Positions 48,048 to 58,086 are shown, counted from the stretch's first letter. The stretch is DNA of 64,000 nucleotides from Sulfurimonas sp. (GCA_021648465.1 JAKISR010000003.1:1532-65531), one strand, 5' to 3'. Notes: generated by a model not told the origin, from the sequence alone. Numbers and translations: made by a program.

Positions 48048-50030
48048 CTATAATTTTTTAATTTTTGTTATCTCATCACGAAGTCTGGCCGCTTCTTCAA
48101 AATTAAGCTCACGAGCAGCTTCTTTCATTTTTAAAGATAGCTCTTTTATTATTGCTTTTCTTTCTGATGCTGGCATTTTATCCATTTTTTTATGTTTTTG
48201 GTAAATACCACCATGATTTTCTATCTTTAGATTGGTATCGAGCTTACGAATTGTAGTGGTTGGGGTTATTCCATGTTTTTTATTATGAAGTTTTTGAAGC
48301 TCTCTTCTCGCAGTAGTTGTGTCAATTGCTTTCTGCATAGATTTTGTGATTTTATTTGCATATAAGATAACTCTACCATTTGCATTTCTAGCACCACGCC
48401 CTATAGTTTGAATAAGTGCTGTCTCACTTCTTAAAAATCCCTCTTTATCAGCATCTAAGATAGCTACTAATGAAACTTCTGGTAAATCTAACCCTTCTCG
48501 AAGAAGATTTATCCCTATAAGTACATCAAATTCACCAATTCTAAGTGAGCGAATAATTTGATTTCTTTCAATGGTATCAATATCTGAGTGCATATACTGA
48601 ACTTTTATACCTAAATCTGCAAGGTGTTTAGTTAGTGCTTCTGCCATTTTCTTAGTAAGAACCGTTATAAGAACTCTTTCATTCTTAATTGTGATTTTTT
48701 TAATTTCATCATGAATACTTTCAACTTGATTATCTGATGTTTTAATCTCTAGTATAGGGTCAAGTAGACCAGTTGGTCTAATTATCTGTTTAGCTACAAC
48801 ACTTGACATCTCTAGTTCGTATTCTGAAGGTGTTGCTGAAACAAAAAGATAGTAAGGAGCTTTGTTTATATATTCTTGTGCCATTAAAGGTCTATTATCA
48901 AGTGCGCTAGGAAGTCTAAAACCATAATCAACTAGAACTTCTTTTCTTGCTCTATCACCTGCATACATCCCACGATATTGTGGAAGGGAAACATGTGATT
49001 CATCTACTATAACAAGATATTCTTGATTTTTTTGTGCAAAATAATCAAGTAGAGTAAAAGGAGCTTCTCCTGGTTTTTTATCAGTTAGAAGTCTAGAGTA
49101 ATTTTCAACTCCCTTACACATTCCTGTAGTTTGAAGCATCTCTAAATCAAATTCAACTCTTTGTTTAAGCCTTTGATGTTCTAATAATTTTCCTTCTTTT
49201 GTAAAATAAGCTAGCCTATCATCAAGCTCTTCTTCTATCCTCTTAATAGCACGAGACATTTTTTCTTGTCCTACACTAAATTGTGAGGTTGCATATATGG
49301 TAACACTTTTGTGATCTTCTAGTCGCTTGTTATCTATAACTTCAAAAGTATAAATAGCTTCTATTTCATCCCCAAAAAATTCTATTCTAATTGCTTCTTG
49401 CTCAAAGTATGGTGGATAAATATCTATACTTTCGCCATTAACGCGGATATGACCACTATCAAAATAACTATCATTTCTGCTATAACCCATCTCAACTAAA
49501 CGAAGTAGTAGTTTTTTTTGAGGTATTTCATCTCCAATTTCTAAGACTTGAACCATATTTAAATACTCTTCTGGGTCACCAAGCCCATAGTTTGCAGAAA
49601 CAGAAGCTACAACTATGACATCATCATAAGATAAAAGATTTGCTGTTGAAGAGAGTCTTAATCTCTCTAATTCATCATTTATAGCACTATCTTTTTCAAT
49701 GAATAAATCTTGGCGAGGGATATAAGCCTCAGGTTGATAATAATCATAATAAGATACAAAATATTCAACATGAGCATTTGGAAAAAATCCACGAAATTCG
49801 GAGTATAGCTGTGCCGCTAAAGTTTTGTTGTGAGTCATAATTATAGTTGGCATTTTTACATTTTCTATAACTTTAGCCATAGTGTATGTCTTACCACTAC
49901 CAGTTACACCTTCAAGTGATTGATAGCGGTTACCTTTTAGGATAGAGTCACTTAATTCTTTTATAGCTTTTGGTTGGTCACCAGCTGGTTTATAAGGTGT
50001 GTGTACTTTAAAGTTCATCTCTTTTTTCAT
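48048..50030 (-). CDS. uvrB: excinuclease ABC subunit B
   Basis: YKPAGDQP and Walker A GVTGSGKT are present, along with helicase motifs and the C-terminal UVR domain ([11 protein letters not shown]). The start may instead be the internal ATG at 50018. Confidence 0.97.
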   Translation of the reverse strand: MKKEMNFKVHTPYKPAGDQPKAIKELSDSILKGNRYQSLEGVTGSGKTYTMAKVIENVKMPTIIMTHNKTLAAQLYSEFRGFFPNAHVEYFVSYYDYYQPEAYIPRQDLFIEKDSAINDELERLRLSSTANLLSYDDVIVVASVSANYGLGDPEEYLNMVQVLEIGDEIPQKKLLLRLVEMGYSRNDSYFDSGHIRVNGESIDIYPPYFEQEAIRIEFFGDEIEAIYTFEVIDNKRLEDHKSVTIYATSQFSVGQEKMSRAIKRIEEELDDRLAYFTKEGKLLEHQRLKQRVEFDLEMLQTTGMCKGVENYSRLLTDKKPGEAPFTLLDYFAQKNQEYLVIVDESHVSLPQYRGMYAGDRARKEVLVDYGFRLPSALDNRPLMAQEYINKAPYYLFVSATPSEYELEMSSVVAKQIIRPTGLLDPILEIKTSDNQVESIHDEIKKITIKNERVLITVLTKKMAEALTKHLADLGIKVQYMHSDIDTIERNQIIRSLRIGEFDVLIGINLLREGLDLPEVSLVAILDADKEGFLRSETALIQTIGRGARNANGRVILYANKITKSMQKAIDTTTARRELQKLHNKKHGITPTTTIRKLDTNLKIENHGGIYQKHKKMDKMPASERKAIIKELSLKMKEAARELNFEEAARLRDEITKIKKL

Positions 50031-50208
50031 TGACGGAATTATAACATTTTGTTGGTTTAATGAAATAAATAAATTTTACTTTAATTGTGTAGGTATAAAA
50101 TGATTTTTAGACGTTTAAAATCATTGATGAGTTATTAAAGTAAAATTTATCATATAAAGTGTAAAATGGACTTAATCGTAGTTTTTAAAAGTGAAGTGAG
50201 ACACTGTC

Positions 50209-51948
50209 TTGTATAAAAAAAATATATTTCTTAAGGTTATCATTTATGCACCTTTGGTTTTTATCCCATTTATCATCATCATCATATTATTAATCTCATT
50301 TAAAATATATAATAATAACTTTAATGACAATGTGGAAAAAATAAAAAAAAAATTATATAATATAGAAAAAACAGCTACTAAAAATAAAGTTAAAAATATT
50401 TCTCACCATATTGAATATAAAAAATCAATAATAAAAAATAATCTTACAACTCGTGTTAAAAATAGAGTTGATATAGCATTTAAAATTGCAACAAACATTT
50501 ATAATAAAAATAAAGATAAAAAAACACAACAAGAAATTAAAATAATGATAAAAAATGCTTTAGAAGCACTTGTGTGGAATGATGGGGAAAATTTTATTTG
50601 GATAATAGATTATGATGGAATATTTTATCTTGCACCAAAGTATCTAAAAAAATTAGAAGGTTCGTCTATTATAAATTTAAAAGATGCATTAGGTAGATTA
50701 ATTATTCAAGAAGAGATAGCAATATGTAAAGAAAAAGGGGAAGGTTTTTTATGGAATACCTTTACTAAGCCAACAGGAATAAAAGATAAACAGTATAAAC
50801 AAGTAGCTTCTGTTAAAGATTTTGGAAATTATAACTGGTATTTTGGTTCTTCTGAATATTTAGATACTGCAACAAAAAAATCAAATAAAAAATTATTAAA
50901 TACAATTAAAAAAATTGATGAGATAAGCAGCCACTATATTTTTATAATTACTACAAGTGGAGATATATTAATTAATACAACTATACCAAACTTTGAAGGT
51001 AAAAATATTTCTGAAATAGATGATAAGAAAACTAAAAATATTGTTGCAAAAATACAAAATTTAATTAAAAATAAACAGGAGGCATCATATTCTTATAAAT
51101 GGATAAATCCAAAAAATAATAAAACAGAAAAAAAATACTCTTATATTCAAAAAATACCAAATACAAATTGGATAATTGGTAGTGGATTTTACTTATCATC
51201 TATAGAAGAAAAGCTTTCAAAAAAAAGAATAAGTATGTATGAGCTTTTTTATAGTGAATCTAAGAGTATTTTATATATTTCAATTTTAATAATAATATTA
51301 TTTCTTTTTATAGCATATTATATTTCAAAAAAATTACAAAAAAGTTTTATAAAATATGAAACTAATATTGACAAAAAAAATACTCAATTGATAGAATTAA
51401 ATGATACCCTCGAAAATAAAGTTAAAGAAAGAACTGCAGAACTTGAAAAAATGAAAAATAAACTTGAAATTTTAGCAACTATAGATGTTTTAACAAATAT
51501 TCATAATAGATATTCATTAATGAAAATACTTGATATAGAAATCAGTCGTTCAAGAAGACATAATACACCTTTATCAATTATAATGTATGATATAGATTAT
51601 TTTAAAAAAGTTAATGATATTTATGGACATGATATCGGGGATAAAGTTTTGACATCACTTTCAAGTGTTGTAAAAAATAATATTAGAGATATAGATATAG
51701 TAGGCAGATATGGTGGAGAAGAATTTTTAATAATACTTCCAGATACTACACTAGAAGATGCTAAATATTATGCTGATAGACTTAGAAAAAAAGTAGAGCA
51801 GTATAAATTTAACACTGTTGGTCATATAACTATAAGTTTAGGGTTAGTTGAACTTAAAGATAATGAAAGTCTAGATGAAGTGTTTAAAAGAGTTGATGAT
51901 TTGTTATATAAATCTAAAAATGATGGTCGAAATAGAGTTAGTTTTTAA
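50209..51948 (+). CDS. diguanylate cyclase with periplasmic double-Cache-like sensor
   Basis: Two TM segments flank a Cache-like region. The active site is RYGGEEF, with an RxxD I-site (RDID) five residues upstream. The start codon is TTG. Confidence 0.9.
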   Translation: MYKKNIFLKVIIYAPLVFIPFIIIIILLISFKIYNNNFNDNVEKIKKKLYNIEKTATKNKVKNISHHIEYKKSIIKNNLTTRVKNRVDIAFKIATNIYNKNKDKKTQQEIKIMIKNALEALVWNDGENFIWIIDYDGIFYLAPKYLKKLEGSSIINLKDALGRLIIQEEIAICKEKGEGFLWNTFTKPTGIKDKQYKQVASVKDFGNYNWYFGSSEYLDTATKKSNKKLLNTIKKIDEISSHYIFIITTSGDILINTTIPNFEGKNISEIDDKKTKNIVAKIQNLIKNKQEASYSYKWINPKNNKTEKKYSYIQKIPNTNWIIGSGFYLSSIEEKLSKKRISMYELFYSESKSILYISILIIILFLFIAYYISKKLQKSFIKYETNIDKKNTQLIELNDTLENKVKERTAELEKMKNKLEILATIDVLTNIHNRYSLMKILDIEISRSRRHNTPLSIIMYDIDYFKKVNDIYGHDIGDKVLTSLSSVVKNNIRDIDIVGRYGGEEFLIILPDTTLEDAKYYADRLRKKVEQYKFNTVGHITISLGLVELKDNESLDEVFKRVDDLLYKSKNDGRNRVSF

Positions 51949-52001
51949 ACTACTTTAAATTATGATAGAATTATATAAATATAATAAATATAGGATATTT
52001 C

Positions 52002-52229
52002 ATGCAAAACCAGACAGCTTTGGAAAAATTAAATGAAAAAATTTCAATAATATTACAGCAATACCATACTTTAAAAAGTGAAAATAAAGTTCTTAGAACA
52101 GAAGTTATAACACTTAGAAGTGAGAGTGAAATTAAAACTCAAGAGATAGAAAAGCTGATAGAACAAAATACTATGAAAGATTTAGAAATAGAAGAAATAG
52201 TTGAAAAAATAGAAAGTATTTTAGGTTAA
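52002..52229 (+). CDS. small coiled-coil protein (ZapB-like)
   Basis: It is 75 aa with a continuous heptad pattern. The assignment rests on size and composition only. Confidence 0.4.
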   Translation: MQNQTALEKLNEKISIILQQYHTLKSENKVLRTEVITLRSESEIKTQEIEKLIEQNTMKDLEIEEIVEKIESILG

Positions 52230-52232
52230 GTA

Positions 52233-52451
52233 ATGAGTAAAAAATTAGGTTTAAACATAGGTGGTCGCCGTTTTGATGTTGATGTCGAAGATAGCTTTGC
52301 TCCTTTTTTAGAACAACAGATGAAACAAGATTTTAATGTAGAGGGAAATAATGAACTTAAAATATTGCTTCAAGCATATGTTCGTAAAAGTCATGATCTT
52401 TTTTTACAAGAGCAAAAAATAGAAGAAATTAACAATAAGTTGGAACTTTAA
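52233..52451 (+). CDS. small protein (ZapA-like)
   Basis: It is 72 aa. LNIGGRRFDVDVEDSFAPFLEQ resembles the ZapA N-terminal strand-helix, followed by a coiled-coil tail. The call is weak. Confidence 0.35.
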   Translation: MSKKLGLNIGGRRFDVDVEDSFAPFLEQQMKQDFNVEGNNELKILLQAYVRKSHDLFLQEQKIEEINNKLEL

Positions 52452-52481
52452 ATAGTGATTTATTCTATTATAAGTTAAAAT

Positions 52482-52490
52482 TGATATAAT
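52482..52490 (+). promoter_or_regulatory. extended -10 (TGaTATAAT) for tRNA-Arg
   Basis: TGATATAAT at 52482-52490 lies 27 nt upstream of the tRNA 5-prime end. Confidence 0.45.
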
Positions 52491-52516
52491 TTCAGCCTCT
52501 TAAATAGAGACGGTGT

Positions 52517-52593
52517 GCGCTCGTAGCTCAGCTGGATAGAGCACTGGTTTGCGGTACCAGAGGTCACAGGTTCGACTCCTGTCGGGCGCACCA
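52517..52593 (+). tRNA. tRNA-Arg (anticodon GCG)
   Basis: Manual cloverleaf: acceptor GCGCTCG/CGGGCGC, D arm GCTC-AGCTGGATA-GAGC. Anticodon arm CTGGT-TTGCGGT-ACCAG, T arm ACAGG-TTCGACT-CCTGT. Discriminator A with encoded CCA. Confidence 0.9.
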
Positions 52594-52734
52594 TACTTAA
52601 ACTCCATTAACAATAAATTTTCAAAATATTAAAATTAATACATCAATTATAAAAGTAGGTATAGTTTTTATTTAAATAAACTAACTAATTTCCAGCTAAT
52701 TTTACTTAAAAATTTTATACTATTAGCAATCAGA

Positions 52735-52740
52735 TATAAT
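52735..52740 (+). promoter_or_regulatory. -10 box TATAAT for the CHASE hybrid kinase gene
   Basis: TATAAT at 52735-40 overlaps the ATG proposed by the ORF track. This argues for the downstream ATG at 52775, which sits behind SD aagagga. Confidence 0.4.
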
Positions 52741-52774
52741 GCATATGTTTATATTAAGAGGAATTATATTTATA

Positions 52775-55036
52775 ATGAAAAGAAAAAGTGAAATAGGTAT
52801 ATACTTAATATTAGTAATCGGTATAATCTTATCTATATCTGTTTATTATATTGTAAATGGTTATGAACGAACAAAAATTAAAAATTATTTTGAATTTAAT
52901 GCACAAACTCATTTCTTATCTTTAAAAAGAGATGTTAATAAAAATATTAATCTTGTTAATTCTATGGCAGCTATGTTTTCAAGTTCAGTGTATGTTACTA
53001 GAAAAGAGTTTCAAAATTTTGTAGATATTGTTTTAGAACAAAATCCTAATATTCAAGGATTCTCTTGGAATCCATATATTAAAAATACTGAACAAAATAT
53101 ATATATAGAAAAAGCACAGCAAGATGGTTTTAATGATTTTGAAATTACTGGCTTTAATTTTAATGGAAAAATTATAAAAAACCCTAATAAAAAATATTAC
53201 ATTCCTATTTATTATATAGAACCTTATTTAAAAAATAAAAAAGCAATGGGATTTGATATTTCTTCACATTTTGGAAGAAATGAAGCTGCTAATAAAGCTC
53301 GTGATACTGGAAAGTTGGTAATCACTGAGAGAATTAAACTGATTCAAAAAGATGATAATTCTTTTGGTTATTTATTGCTTAAAGCGATATATAAAAAAGG
53401 AAAGACCATTGATACTCTATCTAAGCGGCGAGAGAATTTTTTAGGATTAGTTGTTGGTATATATAGCTTAAAAAATTGGGCAAATCTTGTAATAAAGCAC
53501 TCTAAGCCTATCGATATAGATATTTTTATATCAGATTTATCAGCACCTATTGAAAATCAGTTATTATATTTTCACTCATCTAAAACACGCAAAGTAGCAC
53601 TTAAACCAGAAACATTAAATTTACATGCTTTTGAGAATGGAATGCATTGGAAAAAAACAAAAAATATACTTGGTCGTGAGTGGTCATTTTTATTTACACC
53701 AGCTCCTATGTTTTTTGAAAATAATAAAACATGGAATCCTATGGCTTATCTGATTACAGGATTAATTATCACTCTCCTCTTAATGCTTTATATATTTACT
53801 AAAGCTAGAGATACTGCTAAATTAAAAGATAATTATATAAGGCTGATGAACCAAGAAGAAGAGCTTGAAAAAGAAGTAAAAAAAAGAACTATGGAGCTAG
53901 AGATAGCAAGTAGAGCTAAATCAGATTTTTTAGCAAATATGTCACATGAAATTCGTACACCATTAAATGGAGTGATGGGGTTTATTGATATTTTATATAA
54001 AAATGAAGTAGATGTAGATAAACGCAATAAGCTACAAATCATAAAAGAATCAGGTAACTCACTTCTTATAATTATCAACGATATACTTGATTTTTCTAAA
54101 ATAGAAAATAATAAACTTGTACTTGAAAAAAATACATTACATATTTCAAATTTGTTTACGCATACAGTTGAATTATTTTTTTGTGTTGCAAAAGAAAAAG
54201 ATATATCAATCATTTTGAATATAGATGAAAAATTACCAGAAAAGACAATAGGGGATAGTACACGTATAAAACAAGTTTTTTCAAATATTTTAAGTAATGC
54301 TATAAAATTTGCGAACACCAATAGCAAAATTATAGTAAATATGAACTACTTAAAAGAGGATAAGCAATTATTTTGTGAAGTTATAGATGAGGGAATAGGG
54401 ATAGAAGCTAAAAAGCTAAATTGTGTTTTTAAATCATTTCAACAAGCAGATAGTAGTACAACTAGAAAATATGGTGGTACTGGGCTTGGACTGTCAATTT
54501 CAAAGGTACTTATTGAGCTTATGAATGGTGAAATTGGTGTTGAGAGTGAGATAAATATAGGGAGTAGATTTTATTTTATATTGCCTTTATTGGTCTCAGA
54601 TTTAAAAGAAGAGGAAACAGAAGAAAGAGAGATAGAAAAAGGTAAAGTAGAAGATATTCAAAGAAAAAACTTAAGAGATAAAATTTTAATTGTTGAAGAT
54701 AATAAAACAAATCAACTGCTATTGACTATGTTACTTGATGAATTTGGCTATAAATCATTTGCTGTGAGTAATGGATTAGAAGCTACAAAAGAATTTAAAA
54801 ACAATCTATATAATCTTATTTTAATGGACGAAAATATGCCTATTATGAATGGCACAGAAGCTACTAAAATAATTAGAACATTAGATAATGGAAAAGATGT
54901 ACCAATTATAGCGGTAACGGCAAATGCATTAAAAGGTGATGAAGAAAAATTTATTCAAAGTGGGATGGATGCATATTTATCAAAACCAATTGATGCTGAA
55001 AAATTAAAGGCTTATCTTAGAAAATATTTACAGTAA
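52775..55036 (+). CDS. hybrid sensor histidine kinase with periplasmic CHASE domain, HisKA, HATPase and one receiver (no Hpt)
   Basis: The CHASE-like block is IQGFSWNPYI..YIPIYYIEPY..AMGFDISS. The H box is SHEIRTPLNGV and the G2 box GTGLGLSI. The receiver carries LILMDENMPIMNG. Confidence 0.9.
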   Translation: MKRKSEIGIYLILVIGIILSISVYYIVNGYERTKIKNYFEFNAQTHFLSLKRDVNKNINLVNSMAAMFSSSVYVTRKEFQNFVDIVLEQNPNIQGFSWNPYIKNTEQNIYIEKAQQDGFNDFEITGFNFNGKIIKNPNKKYYIPIYYIEPYLKNKKAMGFDISSHFGRNEAANKARDTGKLVITERIKLIQKDDNSFGYLLLKAIYKKGKTIDTLSKRRENFLGLVVGIYSLKNWANLVIKHSKPIDIDIFISDLSAPIENQLLYFHSSKTRKVALKPETLNLHAFENGMHWKKTKNILGREWSFLFTPAPMFFENNKTWNPMAYLITGLIITLLLMLYIFTKARDTAKLKDNYIRLMNQEEELEKEVKKRTMELEIASRAKSDFLANMSHEIRTPLNGVMGFIDILYKNEVDVDKRNKLQIIKESGNSLLIIINDILDFSKIENNKLVLEKNTLHISNLFTHTVELFFCVAKEKDISIILNIDEKLPEKTIGDSTRIKQVFSNILSNAIKFANTNSKIIVNMNYLKEDKQLFCEVIDEGIGIEAKKLNCVFKSFQQADSSTTRKYGGTGLGLSISKVLIELMNGEIGVESEINIGSRFYFILPLLVSDLKEEETEEREIEKGKVEDIQRKNLRDKILIVEDNKTNQLLLTMLLDEFGYKSFAVSNGLEATKEFKNNLYNLILMDENMPIMNGTEATKIIRTLDNGKDVPIIAVTANALKGDEEKFIQSGMDAYLSKPIDAEKLKAYLRKYLQ

Positions 55037-55047
55037 TTTTATATAAG

Positions 55048-55788
55048 TTAAGTATTTATTTTTTCTTTTATAGTTTTTGCTAACTCACTACATTTTAGAA
55101 TTTTTTGTTGATAAGAAAACTCATCTTTTAATAATATATCCATAAAAGCACTTCCAACAATCACTCCATCAGCACCTTTTACTTTATCTTTTGCAGTATC
55201 TTTATTTACACCAAAACCGACATAAGTTGGTGTATTGGTATATCTTTTTATTGATGATAAAAATGATTGTAAGTTTTCAGCATTGCCAGAACCAGTTATT
55301 CCTGTATATGCAACCATATAGATAAATTTTTTAGAATTTTTTACTATTTCTTGGATGCGCTTATCACTATCTGTTGGAGCTATAAAACTAATATTTGAGA
55401 TATTGTTAGAATTAAATAATTTACTGTAAGCTAAGGCTTCTTCATGTGGTAAGTCTGGTATGATAAATCCATTAACACCTAGCTCGCTTGCATATGGGAC
55501 TAGCTTATCCATGTTTTGCTGATAAAAGCTATTAAAATAACCCATCCAAAGAGTGTCTACTTTAGGTGCAATCTCTTTTGATATCTCTAATAGATGTTTA
55601 AATTTAAAGCCAAGCTCTAATGCTTTATGACTTGCTTTTTCTATCAATGGTCCATCAGCAACAGGATCAGAAAAGGGAATACCAAGCTCAAGTGTATCTA
55701 CACCATTTTCACTAAGTGCTAAGGCTAAGTCAACAGTAAAAGATTTTTCAGGATATCCAGATGTTATATATGCTACAAGTTTTTTCAA
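55048..55788 (-). CDS. trpA: tryptophan synthase alpha chain
   Basis: LELGIPFSDPVADGP, GYFN and the overall TIM-barrel pattern are present. Confidence 0.93.
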   Translation of the reverse strand: MKKLVAYITSGYPEKSFTVDLALALSENGVDTLELGIPFSDPVADGPLIEKASHKALELGFKFKHLLEISKEIAPKVDTLWMGYFNSFYQQNMDKLVPYASELGVNGFIIPDLPHEEALAYSKLFNSNNISNISFIAPTDSDKRIQEIVKNSKKFIYMVAYTGITGSGNAENLQSFLSSIKRYTNTPTYVGFGVNKDTAKDKVKGADGVIVGSAFMDILLKDEFSYQQKILKCSELAKTIKEKINT

Positions 55789-56189
55789 TTATTTTCCAAG
55801 TCTGGTAATTTAAGTAGAGAATATTTTATATGAGTTAGTTCGTTATCTAATTTTAAATCATCACTCCAAGCAGCATACATATCACTTATTTCAAGTAACC
55901 AGTTTACAGTTTCTTCATTTATACATTTATGCTCGGTTCTGATTATTTCAAGTATGTCTTCAACAAAGGATGAAAGTTTTGTCATCTGTTTTATTTGTAA
56001 AAAAGCAGAAGCAGATTTTATATTATGAAAAATACGAAAAAGCTCATTAATACTATGTTCAAACATATGTGGCTTAGATAAGTCTATAATCATAGTTTCC
56101 ATGCACTCAGTCATAATAGTATAGTGATCTAAAAATTCATCAACTATCTCATAATCAAAACTAGAATCTAAGTTACTTCTTACACCCAT
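55785..56189 (-). CDS. stand-alone Hpt (histidine phosphotransfer) domain protein
   Basis: It is a 134-aa all-helical protein. FHNIKSASAFLQI matches the HxxKG/S phosphotransfer motif. SD aggag is upstream, and it has a 4-nt overlap with trpA. Confidence 0.55.
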   Translation of the reverse strand: MGVRSNLDSSFDYEIVDEFLDHYTIMTECMETMIIDLSKPHMFEHSINELFRIFHNIKSASAFLQIKQMTKLSSFVEDILEIIRTEHKCINEETVNWLLEISDMYAAWSDDLKLDNELTHIKYSLLKLPDLENN

Positions 56190-56214
56190 AAAGTATTTCT
56201 CCTATATAGTTAAA

Positions 56215-56220
56215 ATTATA
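56215..56220 (-). promoter_or_regulatory. -10 box TATAAT (minus strand) for the Hpt-trpA pair
   Basis: Plus strand attata at 56215-56220 lies 26 nt upstream of the ATG at 56189. Confidence 0.4.
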
Positions 56221-56231
56221 GCAATTTTTAG

Positions 56232-56264
56232 TTAAAATACTTTTATTAAATAAAAGTATTTTAA
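56232..56264. promoter_or_regulatory. perfect 33-nt palindrome (16-bp arms, 1-nt centre) in the divergent Hpt-trpA / panB control region
   Basis: The sequence is ttaaaatacttttatt-a-aataaaagtattttaa. I checked every pair by hand. It ends 2 nt before the panB ATG. Confidence 0.5.
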
Positions 56265-56266
56265 AA

Positions 56267-57058
56267 ATGAGTAAAAAAATGACAATAACTTCTATAAAAA
56301 AATCAAAAGGTGTTAAACCACTTGTCATGATAACTGCATATGATGCACTTTTTGCAAAATTATTAGAACCCAGCTCTGATATGATTTTAGTAGGTGATAG
56401 TTTGAATATGAGTTTCGCAGGTAGAGATGATACTTTAAGTGCCACTCTTGAGCAAATGATATATCATACAAATGCTGTATGTAAAGGTGCAGAAAATAGT
56501 TTTATAATTTGTGATATGCCTTTTGGAACTTATATAAATAAAAATGTTGCTCTTGAAAATTCTATAAAAGTTTTTCAGGAAACAGATGCTCATGCTATTA
56601 AAATAGAAGGTGGAGAGGATAAAGCAGATATTATTAAATATTTATGTTCAAATTCAATTGCTGTTTGTGGACATATTGGTTTACTTCCTCAATCTGTTCG
56701 TGGTGATGGTGGTTATAAGATAAAAGGTAAAACCAAAGAGGGAAGACTACAGCTCATAAAAGATGCAAAAGCAGTGGAAGAAGCTGGAGCTTTTTGTATG
56801 GTTTTAGAGGGTGTAAAAGCAGATGTGGCAGCAGAAATTACAGCGTCTGTTAATATTCCAGTTATCGGCATTGGTGCAGGCGTAGATGTAGATGGGCAGG
56901 TACTTGTTTTTTCTGATATGTTAGGACTTTTTGAAGCTTTTACTCCAAAATTTGTAAAAAAATATATTGATGGAGCATCTTTAGTTAAATCAGCGGTGCA
57001 AAATTACTCTGATGAAGTTAAAAATAGAGAGTTTCCAAAAGAGGAACATACTTATTAA
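56267..57058 (+). CDS. panB: 3-methyl-2-oxobutanoate hydroxymethyltransferase
   Basis: MITAYDA, LVGDSL, DMPFG, IKIEGG and GHIGLLPQ are present. Confidence 0.95.
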   Translation: MSKKMTITSIKKSKGVKPLVMITAYDALFAKLLEPSSDMILVGDSLNMSFAGRDDTLSATLEQMIYHTNAVCKGAENSFIICDMPFGTYINKNVALENSIKVFQETDAHAIKIEGGEDKADIIKYLCSNSIAVCGHIGLLPQSVRGDGGYKIKGKTKEGRLQLIKDAKAVEEAGAFCMVLEGVKADVAAEITASVNIPVIGIGAGVDVDGQVLVFSDMLGLFEAFTPKFVKKYIDGASLVKSAVQNYSDEVKNREFPKEEHTY

Positions 57059-57072
57059 TGGAAAGATATTAG

Positions 57073-58086
57073 ATGGAACGCATAGTTGAAATAGAAAAAT
57101 TTGATGCTGAAGAGAGTTCTGAGATAACTCTTCGTCCTGATATCTGGAGTGAGTATATAGGTCAAGAGCAAATTAAAAAAAATCTTGGTGTTTTTATTGA
57201 AGCTAGTAAAAAAAGGGAAGAAGCACTAGACCATGTACTGTTTTTTGGGCCTCCTGGGCTTGGTAAAACAACACTTGCTCTAATTATTGCAAATGAGATG
57301 AATGCAAATATAAAAGTAACAGCAGCACCAATGATAGAAAAAAGTGGAGATTTAGCTGCGATACTTACAAATTTAGAAGAAGGTGACATACTCTTTATTG
57401 ATGAGATTCATAGACTCTCACCAGCAGTTGAAGAGATACTATACTCATCTATGGAAGATTTTAGGATTGATATTATTATAGGAAGTGGACCAGCCGCACA
57501 AACTGTAAAAATTGATTTACCTCGCTTTACTTTAATAGGTGCAACAACAAGAGCAGGGATGCTCTCAAATCCTCTTCGAGATAGATTTGGTATGAATTTT
57601 AGAATGCAGTTTTATACACCAGATGAGTTAGCAAAAATTATCTCTCAAGCTTCACTTAAACTAGATAAAGAGATAATTCATGAAGCTTGTATAGAGATAG
57701 CAAAAAGAAGTCGTGGAACTCCACGTATAGCTCTTCGTCTTCTTCGCCGTGTTAGAGATTTTGCAGATGTAGCAGATGAGAGCGATATACTATACTCAAG
57801 AACTCAATATGCACTTAATGAGCTTGGTATAAATTCACATGGATTTGATGAGATGGATATAAGGCTTTTAAATCTTTTAATATCTGCAAAAGGAAAGGCA
57901 ATGGGGCTTAGTACAATTGCGGCAGCATTAAGTGAGGATGAAGGAACAGTTGAGGATGTTTTGGAACCTTACTTAATTGCGAATGGTTATTTAGAAAGAA
58001 CTGCTAAGGGAAGAAAAGCAACAAGAAGTACATATGAAATTTTAGATATTCCAATTGAACAAGCCGAAGAGGAGAGATTATTTTGA
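57073..58086 (+). CDS. ruvB: Holliday junction branch migration helicase RuvB
   Basis: LRP..EYIGQE, Walker [10 protein letters not shown], Walker B FIDEIHRL and the sensor [15 protein letters not shown] are present. Confidence 0.97.
   Translation: MERIVEIEKFDAEESSEITLRPDIWSEYIGQEQIKKNLGVFIEASKKREEALDHVLFFGPPGLGKTTLALIIANEMNANIKVTAAPMIEKSGDLAAILTNLEEGDILFIDEIHRLSPAVEEILYSSMEDFRIDIIIGSGPAAQTVKIDLPRFTLIGATTRAGMLSNPLRDRFGMNFRMQFYTPDELAKIISQASLKLDKEIIHEACIEIAKRSRGTPRIALRLLRRVRDFADVADESDILYSRTQYALNELGINSHGFDEMDIRLLNLLISAKGKAMGLSTIAAALSEDEGTVEDVLEPYLIANGYLERTAKGRKATRSTYEILDIPIEQAEEERLF

Noticed and set aside
50099-50125. A 9-bp inverted repeat aatgatttt/aaaatcatt between the divergent uvrB and the diguanylate cyclase gene (possible operator).
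   Set aside because: It is almost pure A/T with a single G-C pair. Such repeats are frequent by chance in this composition, and it matches no SOS-box or other consensus I know.
50343-50352. Homopolymer tracts as possible phase-variation switches: A10 in the cyclase gene, A9 in feoB near 10262, A9 near 3661 and T9 near 7923. Also an (AAT)n run in the ftsH 5-prime end at ~63826-63845.
   Set aside because: Poly-A/T runs of this length are common background in AT-rich genomes. Campylobacterota contingency loci typically use poly-G/C tracts, and I found none longer than 5. The AAT run is in frame and encodes an Asn stretch.
53833-54327. A 164-aa ORF antisense to the CHASE hybrid kinase. This is unusually long for an AT-rich genome.
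   Set aside because: It sits opposite the well-supported HisKA/HATPase region and has no SD or promoter. Its composition (Ser/Phe/Ile/Leu runs) is that of complement-frame translation. Its length is worth a note, but I have no positive evidence for expression.
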